From IMG/VR virus record IMGVR_UViG_3300042673_001035, positions 32,001-96,000 of that record: 64,000 bases of DNA; one strand, written 5' to 3'. Origin of the DNA: a virus. Below are positions 56,923-64,000 of the stretch, in pieces. Every line of letters starts with the position of its first letter. Positions within the stretch are counted from its first letter, which is position 1. The translations under genes were made by a program, and so were the position numbers. The notes under the pieces were generated by a model that was not told where the DNA came from, searched no databases, and saw nothing but the letters and a program-made list of their open reading frames with translations.

Positions 56923-59217
56923 CTATTTTTTGTTTTTAGATAGGAATAATTCGTTCATAGTTTTAGCGACTTCAAACATATTTTCCACGTTGACATATTT
57001 TGCGTCATTTCCATACATTGTTTTGAATGCTCTCCAATCGGATGAATGTTCAAAGTTACTACCATAATCGGTAATAAAGTATGAAAGGACATCTATACCA
57101 CTATCTCTAATTTTTTTCACTTGCTTTTTAGTGTGTAATGCAGCAGGTTCACCTGAATACTGAATTTCATCACTACCTCTACTAATTGAGTAAGAGGGTT
57201 GACCATCAGAAAAGTTTAGGAAATACGATTGACTTTCATTCGTTGACGGAACTAATTGTTTCAATATTGCCTCAAAACACAATCCTTCTGGTGTAGTGTT
57301 GTTTGCTTGTAAGATAGACATATATCTTGCGAATTGTCTAAATGAATCTCTACGACTATCGTGGATAATTGCAACATATGGTAAACAAGTACTACCTCTA
57401 TCAGTAGAACGAATTGAAACTTGTACATTGATATTACGAGCCATCTCACATGCTTTCACAATAGCGACAGTTGATACAATACATTTTCTCAATTTATCAC
57501 CACTCATTGAACCAGAATAGTCAATTGATATATGTAGGTTTGCTTTTTTGAATTGGTCAACTTCGTTTGTGAAAAACACATTCTCATTATCATAACCCAA
57601 TGACGCAACCATACGACCATCAATCTTACCTCTTTTCAATCTACTGAATACCGTCTCACGACTTTCACTACGAACTTGTAGTTTCTTACCCAATAGTGTA
57701 CCTAATGTTGTACCTCTACGAACTTCGTCAGCTGCCCATATCTTTGGTTCACTTGTGTTCCAATCATTATGTGAGAATGGAAAGTCATCCGACTTCAACA
57801 TATTTTCGGTCAATCGTTTCACTACGATACAATCAACACCTTTCATCACACTACCATGTCTATCCATACCATTACCAACACGAACCAATTCGGTATCTGA
57901 TTCTTGAATGTCTTTCAGTTTCTCCAATTCATTCTTTTGGACATTCTTCTTTTTGATATTACCATCAATAAAGTCTTTTTGCTTTTGGATTTTCTTATCC
58001 AATTGTTTTTTAGCAGCATCGGATAACTTCACTTTGGTATTACCTTGCTGACCTTGTCCGTCATCGGTGTTACCCAATTTAGCAGTTACTTGACCACTCA
58101 TTTGTCCATCCGTTCCACCCATATCACCGTTGTCATCATTATCATCATCTTCATTGATATCGGCAATTTCTATTTCACTATCACCATCACCATCCGTTCC
58201 ACTTTCACCTTTACCCTTACCTTTACCTTTCATCATTTGTGCGTTATCGTAAGGGACAGTTTTAAGTATCTCAGCAAGAATGTCTACTGCTAATTGGAAA
58301 CTATCTTTTGTTGATGTCAAACGACTAATGTCCTTTAAGTTCACTAAACGATAGATTGCTCTCAATCCTTTCAATTTAGATAGGTCAGTTTTCTCATTCA
58401 TCAAGTTAATGATACGGAACATATAGGCTTCGAATGTCTCATCCGTATATTCATCACTCTCAATACCTTTAGTTACAATCTTATCGTTGAAATAGTTATC
58501 ATACATTTGAGTATAATAATCTCTATAACCAGGTGCAGTTTTGAATATGTGCATATCAATACGTCTATCCTCTACCCAATTGGTAAGAGAACTAATGATA
58601 TTGAATATCTCATCATTCATACTACCCTTACTACCAATCTTACCCGTTGACAAATACATCTCATTGAATAGATTTTCGTATATTGGATATTGACAAGTAT
58701 ATTTTCTAATCTGAGCATCCACTTTATCAATAGTCCAACTGATTGGTAGATTGTTCTCAATTTCATTTTGAGTATCACTATTGATTTGTCTTTGTACTCT
58801 TTCGTAGTTAGATAACATATCGTTCATATTAGACAACAACTTAAAGTCCGACAATATAATGTGTGAACCTTCGTGTAATGCTAAACCAACCGACACGTCG
58901 AATTTGTCATCAACATCGGCCGAAAGAATAACTCTCTTACCATCCGTTTTACTATCACTTTTTGTAGCGAATGTAACGGGTATGTTTTTTTGTGTAACGA
59001 TTTGTACGAAGTTAGAAATAGCTCGTCTTACTGATGCTAACTTATATAGGTTGTTAGTCTTTTTATACAAGTCTAAATCTTGTTTTTTGAAACCACCATA
59101 GGTTTCTAATACATCATACGAAGTGTCATAATCATCATACCAAAATGATGATGCGTAACTTTTACCTTTTGTTAGGTAGTCTTTCGTACCTGTCTTGAAT
59201 TTGTCATACCAACTCAT
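56923..59217 (-). CDS. vWA-domain protein with N-terminal metallopeptidase-like domain (CobT-like partner of the AAA ATPase)
   Basis: LHEGSH, NWVEDRRID, acidic Gly-rich linker, MIDAS DYSGSMS, TPEG, FSDGQP. Confidence 0.85.
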   Translation of the reverse strand: MSWYDKFKTGTKDYLTKGKSYASSFWYDDYDTSYDVLETYGGFKKQDLDLYKKTNNLYKLASVRRAISNFVQIVTQKNIPVTFATKSDSKTDGKRVILSADVDDKFDVSVGLALHEGSHIILSDFKLLSNMNDMLSNYERVQRQINSDTQNEIENNLPISWTIDKVDAQIRKYTCQYPIYENLFNEMYLSTGKIGSKGSMNDEIFNIISSLTNWVEDRRIDMHIFKTAPGYRDYYTQMYDNYFNDKIVTKGIESDEYTDETFEAYMFRIINLMNEKTDLSKLKGLRAIYRLVNLKDISRLTSTKDSFQLAVDILAEILKTVPYDNAQMMKGKGKGKGESGTDGDGDSEIEIADINEDDDNDDNGDMGGTDGQMSGQVTAKLGNTDDGQGQQGNTKVKLSDAAKKQLDKKIQKQKDFIDGNIKKKNVQKNELEKLKDIQESDTELVRVGNGMDRHGSVMKGVDCIVVKRLTENMLKSDDFPFSHNDWNTSEPKIWAADEVRRGTTLGTLLGKKLQVRSESRETVFSRLKRGKIDGRMVASLGYDNENVFFTNEVDQFKKANLHISIDYSGSMSGDKLRKCIVSTVAIVKACEMARNINVQVSIRSTDRGSTCLPYVAIIHDSRRDSFRQFARYMSILQANNTTPEGLCFEAILKQLVPSTNESQSYFLNFSDGQPSYSISRGSDEIQYSGEPAALHTKKQVKKIRDSGIDVLSYFITDYGSNFEHSSDWRAFKTMYGNDAKYVNVENMFEVAKTMNELFLSKNKK

Positions 59218-59264
59218 AGCTCGGAAATTTTATGTGTTTTTGTTAAATAATTGTTGAATATACC

Positions 59265-59296
59265 TCAATATACGACAAATAATTGACATTACCAAA
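59265..59296 (-). promoter_or_regulatory. Bacteroidota-type promoter
   Basis: Minus strand TTTGGTAATGTCAATTATTTGTCGTATATTGA. Confidence 0.75.
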
Positions 59297-59315
59297 TATT
59301 TATTAAACTTTTTTT

Positions 59316-59389
59316 TAATATGTTGATAGTCAATGAGTTATACATAAAAAAAGACCTACATATGTAAGTCTTTGATTATCAATGAGTTA
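59316..59389. promoter_or_regulatory. Two IHF-consensus palindromes
   Basis: TAATATGTTGATAGTCAATGAGTTA and TAAGTCTTTGATTATCAATGAGTTA. Confidence 0.7.
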
Positions 59390-59576
59390 TGAAAATACCC
59401 CTTTATAGGGTAAAATCCTCGTTAGTTTGCATCCCTTTTGGGATTTTTGTATTATTTTGAGGTTTATTACCTACTACGGTAATTTTCGTTTGAGGTTGTT
59501 TGTCCTCTTTCAATAAATCCCTTATTTCTTCTAAAAGACTTTTGATAATTGTAAATTGTTCTACATCCATATTTGT

Positions 59577-60647
59577 TTAATTTAATAACTTTTTAATGAT
59601 TTCTTCACTTTGAGAATAATCGTTTAAATGATGAAATAACATTTTTCTATTGTTTTGTGATTTTTCTAGCCAAATATTATACATTTTTTCAAATTCTTCT
59701 TCGGTGGCCAGTTTTATCCAATTTTTGAAATTATTAAAATTATGATTTAAATCTGTAATAGAATCAAAACTACTTCCAAATTCAAAATTTAATAAATAAA
59801 ACCCTCTAGATTTTAAATAAGATATTATATTCACAGGTGCAAGTAAATAAAAGGGTTTTGCAAAAAATAATCCTTTATATGTTTTTTCTGTTAAAAATGC
59901 CTCAGCTTTATTATCACAATTAATTGTTTCAAATATTAAATTGATATTACAATTCGTATAATCAAATATTGTTTCAAAATGTTTATACTTTGGATATGTT
60001 AAATCATATGCATCGTTTGCAGAATTTTTAGGTGTTAAATCTTCTCCAAGTTGTAAAATATATTCATTTCTCCAACTACTAGAATTATATGCTCTACTAT
60101 AACTAAATAATCTTGGAGAATTTCTATTGTATTTTGTATAAATAAAATTATTCATCAAATCTTCAATCCAATAATAACCTATATAGTATCTAAAATATCT
60201 AAAAGGTAATAGATAATCTATTTCACATTCTAATTCTGGTCTATTTGAACCTAATAGAATTTTATCGTATTTTATTTTTTCAAATGATTTTAAAAATTGT
60301 TTAGTAAATACTTCACCAAAATACCATATAAATATTTTCTTTGAATTTGGTATTTTTGATATTTTTTCATCGAATAAAAATTCCTTTCCATCAATTAAAT
60401 CCATAGAAAAAATCTTAACATCATATTCATCAAATATTTCATTTGATTCTTCTAAAAAATAAAAAGTATCCGCATAAATCAAAATATCACAATTCAATTT
60501 AGTATGATAATACAATTGTGTTTTACTTTCATCAAAAATAGTTGGGTTAAACTCCGATTTATATTCTAAATTTTCTTTTCCAAAAAATCCCAAAATAAAT
60601 GGAATATGAGATTTGTAACTTCCTACAAAAACTATAACACTTTTCAT
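59577..60647 (-). CDS. Hypothetical protein, glycosyltransferase-like C-terminus
   Basis: INLIFET...FLTEKTYK...KPF...YLKSRGF resembles the GT10-like motif of phage accessory enzymes. Confidence 0.5.
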   Translation of the reverse strand: MKSVIVFVGSYKSHIPFILGFFGKENLEYKSEFNPTIFDESKTQLYYHTKLNCDILIYADTFYFLEESNEIFDEYDVKIFSMDLIDGKEFLFDEKISKIPNSKKIFIWYFGEVFTKQFLKSFEKIKYDKILLGSNRPELECEIDYLLPFRYFRYYIGYYWIEDLMNNFIYTKYNRNSPRLFSYSRAYNSSSWRNEYILQLGEDLTPKNSANDAYDLTYPKYKHFETIFDYTNCNINLIFETINCDNKAEAFLTEKTYKGLFFAKPFYLLAPVNIISYLKSRGFYLLNFEFGSSFDSITDLNHNFNNFKNWIKLATEEEFEKMYNIWLEKSQNNRKMLFHHLNDYSQSEEIIKKLLN

Positions 60648-60650
60648 TAT

Positions 60651-60947
60651 TTATTCGGTTTCAGTTTCCATAAATCTTTGAAATTCTAATCCCGCACTTT
60701 GATTCACTTCGTGTAAATGTTCTAAACTTAATTCATATCTCCCATTCATAGTTTGAGACATGAATAATTCAGTTTCTAAACTATCTACTACTTTTTGCAA
60801 ACTATCCGTTGTTTTTGGTGTAGATATAACTACTCTTTCACTTCTAAGTTTACTTAATTCTTTTTGTTGGAAATAACAAATCAATAATACTGATACTGCA
60901 CCTGTTCCAATAATTGCTTTCTGATGTTTTTGTATAAATTCTTTCAT
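60651..60947 (-). CDS. Membrane-anchored hypothetical protein
   Basis: N-terminal TM + coiled coil. Confidence 0.55.
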   Translation of the reverse strand: MKEFIQKHQKAIIGTGAVSVLLICYFQQKELSKLRSERVVISTPKTTDSLQKVVDSLETELFMSQTMNGRYELSLEHLHEVNQSAGLEFQRFMETETE

Positions 60948-61165
60948 ACTGTTTTATTTAAAAGTCTCCTTCCGAATGTATGTTATTGTCATCCCAACCA
61001 TCTCTACCAGCTGATGTTAGAAAATCACTTTCATCAACATCAATTTCATCTTCAACCATATAATCAACACTCTTTACCCATGCCCAAATGAGAAAAGATA
61101 ATCCAATTAGGATAAAACCATAAACCAACAACATAAAATATATACTTTAACAATTAATAATCCTT

Positions 61166-61675
61166 TTAATCCCACCAACCTCTCATTCCGCCTTTCAAAT
61201 TTTTCCACAATTCCTTCCATTCAGCCTCTTGTATTTCGTGAGACCTTTTGAATACTTTTGAATTATGTTCTCTTTGTTCGGGTGTATCTTCTATTTCATC
61301 AAACCACCAATCTTTGTTTTGGATTTCTCCTAATTCCGTTTCAGCATCTTTAAGATATTCATCTTCTCTAATTCTATCAATTAAGTATATTACTCTTTTG
61401 ATTTCTTTAACTTTCTTTAATCTACTTTCATCCACCTCCTGTCCATAAAACTCCAATGTGTGAGCAAGTTTAGTCAAAGAACGTCTTAACATCATTAGTG
61501 AGAAAATATAATCCCAACTACGATACTCCCATAATTCTTTTCTAAAATACCAAACATTGTCAACGAAACATGGTATTTTATATCTAAATAATTCATAGGT
61601 TTTATACCACCAAGTTTGGTGCCTATTCATTGTCTTTAAAGATTTCAAAAAACTATCCGTAAATTGAACATCCAT
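61166..61675 (-). CDS. Hypothetical phage protein
   Basis: 169 aa; W..R.WDY and terminal GWWD. Confidence 0.65.
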   Translation of the reverse strand: MDVQFTDSFLKSLKTMNRHQTWWYKTYELFRYKIPCFVDNVWYFRKELWEYRSWDYIFSLMMLRRSLTKLAHTLEFYGQEVDESRLKKVKEIKRVIYLIDRIREDEYLKDAETELGEIQNKDWWFDEIEDTPEQREHNSKVFKRSHEIQEAEWKELWKNLKGGMRGWWD

Positions 61676-61840
61676 AACTATTTGTTTTTATTTTTTTTCT
61701 TAAAAAAGTCGATTATTTTCTTTTCTTTTCTTATCGTAGTCCACGAACCATCAGGATTTTCTCTTAAAAGTGGTGCTTTCCACATCTCAAATGCAATCCA
61801 TAAAAATGTACCGACAACTCCAATTAAAATATATTCCATA

Positions 61841-62323
61841 TTATACAAATTTTAAAAATCTACTTTCGGTAAACTTATAAGAATACTTTATAACAAATCC
61901 CCAAAATAAATCACCAATGATAGAATATCCAAAGAAAGGAATTGCTAATGTATAACACATAGTCAATCCCTGAATTGTATGTGGATAGTCCATAAGCCAT
62001 ACTCCAAAATTTGATACTATAAAAAATATTAAAGATGATAATAAGATTGATTTAACATTCATCTGATTTAAAATCCAACCCAACATTGTAATCATTATAA
62101 ATGCAGAATATACCCACAAAGATATCATTCCAAATCCTAATACCATATCCGATACGAACATTGCAACCAATGGTACTAATATACTCAACCATCTTTTTTG
62201 AAACATTAGTCCTGAGAATAATGCCAATGAGGTTATTGGTGTAACATTTGGTGGATGTGGTATTAATCTAAACCACACTGCAATTAGGATAAATATCACT
62301 AATAGATTTTGTTTTTTATTCAT
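61841..62323 (-). CDS. DUF6580-like putative transporter (ECF S-component-like)
   Basis: RLIPHPPNVTPI, SSLIFFIVSNFGVW, CYTLAIPFF, GDL. Confidence 0.85.
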   Translation of the reverse strand: MNKKQNLLVIFILIAVWFRLIPHPPNVTPITSLALFSGLMFQKRWLSILVPLVAMFVSDMVLGFGMISLWVYSAFIMITMLGWILNQMNVKSILLSSLIFFIVSNFGVWLMDYPHTIQGLTMCYTLAIPFFGYSIIGDLFWGFVIKYSYKFTESRFLKFV

Positions 62324-62324
62324 A

Positions 62325-62840
62325 TTATTTGTTTTTATATTTTTCTAATATTTTATATCTTCTATTTCTTTCCTCTTCTGTCGTAATTGTATCAGGTGCA
62401 TATGTATGTTCAATATTCACTTTTACACATACTTCCGGTAATTTATTATTTCTAAAATAGTTGTTTACATATCCTATTATGTTTGCTGCACCAATTGGAT
62501 TTGCAGAATGGACATAGACAGTTGGTAATGGAATTTTTTTATTCATTCCTTCTGCAACCAAATACCTTGCACAATCCATTCCTGTTTTTTCAGGTATACG
62601 ATTGTAGTCTAATTCGTAATTTGGTTTTACATTTGTATAGTATTCTACCATTGCACCTTCACCTAAATCGTGGTCTAAACTAATCACTTCATAATTTTCT
62701 ATTCCATTCATTTTTATATGAGCAACAAATTCATCATAGTTTCTCACTACTTCCCATTCACCTTCGGTTGGTATTCTTACATCATCCAAATACAACCATA
62801 TTTTATTCTTTCTCATTTTGTAATTTTTTAATGTGTTCAA
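62325..62840 (-). CDS. Cyclic-phosphate-processing receiver-like domain protein
   Basis: LYLDDVR, ISLDHDLG, TGMD, VHSANPIG. Confidence 0.85.
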   Translation of the reverse strand: MNTLKNYKMRKNKIWLYLDDVRIPTEGEWEVVRNYDEFVAHIKMNGIENYEVISLDHDLGEGAMVEYYTNVKPNYELDYNRIPEKTGMDCARYLVAEGMNKKIPLPTVYVHSANPIGAANIIGYVNNYFRNNKLPEVCVKVNIEHTYAPDTITTEEERNRRYKILEKYKNK

Positions 62841-63636
62841 TTACTATATTCGCAACTCTACGATGTCCTTCTATGGAGCCATGATCTTCTTTAAAATTGT
62901 ATTGATAATTACCATTAAATGCCTTTGCTTTATTCCAAACTTGTATTTTTTGTTGTAATTGAAAATCGTATACCGATAGATATTTTTTATTATTTTCTAC
63001 AATTGGAATAATATTTTCCTTTAAACTAAATTCATTAGGTATTGAATCACGATTAAAATGCCAAGGTAATATTAAAAACTCAATTTCTTTATACTTTTCT
63101 TTCAAATAAAATATTTTCTTATAAAGTTCATTCATATATGTAGATAAATCAACTTCTTGTATCCATTGCAATGTTTTTGATACAATAGTTATATCACTTT
63201 TTGGATTATTTATTAAATTAATCATTTCTTGAATAGTGTTTGGGTATTTATCACCATCTTTACCTCCATGCAAGTTCTCATCATACCATCTAATATATCC
63301 TATTTCTAATATAACATATTTTGTTTTTTCTAAAATGTGTTTTATTTTTTCCTCATCTCTAACCATCATCCATATCGTTTCAACTGCATTACCACCTATT
63401 TTAATATCATTTTCCATATCATGGACATTGTATTGCACATACCCCAATTCATTACAAACCAATGTTGGCCATCTCTTTTCTCTCCAATATTTTTGATAAA
63501 CATCTGGTCTTGGAATTGGTAAGTTTACTCCCTTTTGTAAATATTCTTCACTATTTAATATTGGGTCTAATTCCCATTCCAATCCCAATCCAAATGTATG
63601 TGATGCACCTGAAAATATAATTGTATTTCTTTCCAT
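62803..63636 (-). CDS. SGNH-like protein
   Basis: FSGASHTFGLG, RWPTLV, C-terminal DHGSIEGHRRVA. Confidence 0.65.
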   Translation of the reverse strand: MERNTIIFSGASHTFGLGLEWELDPILNSEEYLQKGVNLPIPRPDVYQKYWREKRWPTLVCNELGYVQYNVHDMENDIKIGGNAVETIWMMVRDEEKIKHILEKTKYVILEIGYIRWYDENLHGGKDGDKYPNTIQEMINLINNPKSDITIVSKTLQWIQEVDLSTYMNELYKKIFYLKEKYKEIEFLILPWHFNRDSIPNEFSLKENIIPIVENNKKYLSVYDFQLQQKIQVWNKAKAFNGNYQYNFKEDHGSIEGHRRVANIVIEHIKKLQNEKE

Positions 63637-63998
63637 TAAATAAATTCCAATTGTCTTGTTATAAAATCATAGTCAAATGTAATTGGATTATTATCAATAT
63701 CATATCTCAAATTACAACTACATCCGTTAAATGTATAAATATCACCCCACTCATCTTTATATGGAATAGTTCCCCAACCATATGCTTCGTGAATATGTCC
63801 TGCAAAGTGTAAATGTGGTTTTACTTCTTGTAATCTATGATATAAATCTTCACAACCTACTTTTTGATTTGTATTAGATGCTCTATCACAATAACCGTGA
63901 ATTGGTGTATGTGTAATTACGATATCGGTGTCCGTTGGTATTCGATTCCATATTTCATTTATATCATGTCCCCTATCTTTATTGAAGGCCCAACCGTA
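63636..63998 (-). CDS. Calcineurin-like metallophosphoesterase (C-terminal part; start lies beyond the window)
   Basis: Not in track; translates as YGWAF...IPTDTDIVITHTP...VGCEDL...HFAGHIHEAYG. Confidence 0.85.
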   Translation of the reverse strand, partial: YGWAFNKDRGHDINEIWNRIPTDTDIVITHTPIHGYCDRASNTNQKVGCEDLYHRLQEVKPHLHFAGHIHEAYGWGTIPYKDEWGDIYTFNGCSCNLRYDIDNNPITFDYDFITRQLEFI

Positions 63999-64000
63999 TC

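Noticed and set aside
228-63812. All plus-strand ORFs in the track
   Set aside because: Nearly all lie antisense to well-supported minus-strand genes, show shadow-type composition (Phe/Ser/Leu/Ile-rich) and have no recognisable motifs
1-64000. Stop-codon reassignment as in some jumbo and crAss-like phages
   Set aside because: Recognisable enzymes are full length in the standard code, coding density is high, and TAG and TGA both serve as genuine stops
1-64000. Bacterial chromosome or eukaryotic giant virus origin
   Set aside because: Single-strand gene orientation, many tiny hypothetical ORFs, gp55-like sigma, spike-like gene and bacterial promoters/terminators all favour a large phage; no housekeeping operons, integrase or NCLDV markers were seen

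Overview
This is a 64 kb, very AT-rich, gene-dense segment of a large (jumbo-type) tailed dsDNA phage genome. Essentially all genes are on the minus strand and read through in the standard code. Phage markers are a gp5/baseplate-spike-like gene, a T4 gp55-like sigma factor, an ATP-dependent DNA ligase, a UV-damage endonuclease, peptide deformylase, Hsp20, a MoxR/CbbQ AAA + vWA pair and a gp88-like protein. About 13 promoters of the form TTTG-N19/20-TAnnTTnn point to a Bacteroidota host (inference). The main candidate novel system lies at 9.5-19.4 kb. It centres on a 502-aa protein that reads as a circularly permuted ATP-grasp domain, then a Hint domain with no N-terminal nucleophile but an intact terminal His-Asn, then a 41-aa six-cysteine peptide. 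Around it are two radical SAM enzymes, four 2OG-Fe(II) oxygenases, two sulfotransferase-like proteins, two SGNH-like proteins and a CxxC protein. All 11 of these partners end in the same polar/basic-x-x-[LI]-[LIM] C-terminal tag. Other signals are a dispersed family of 9 or more small 'MLTIKN' paralogs, a tRNA-Gly-like gene with a 28-nt D-loop insert, arrays of back-to-back IHF-consensus palindromes upstream of four promoters, and an inverted pair of G4-N-G5-TT-G5 elements about 9.5 kb apart. All calls are by-eye motif recognition; no database searches were run. Some small hypothetical ORFs are not listed individually.
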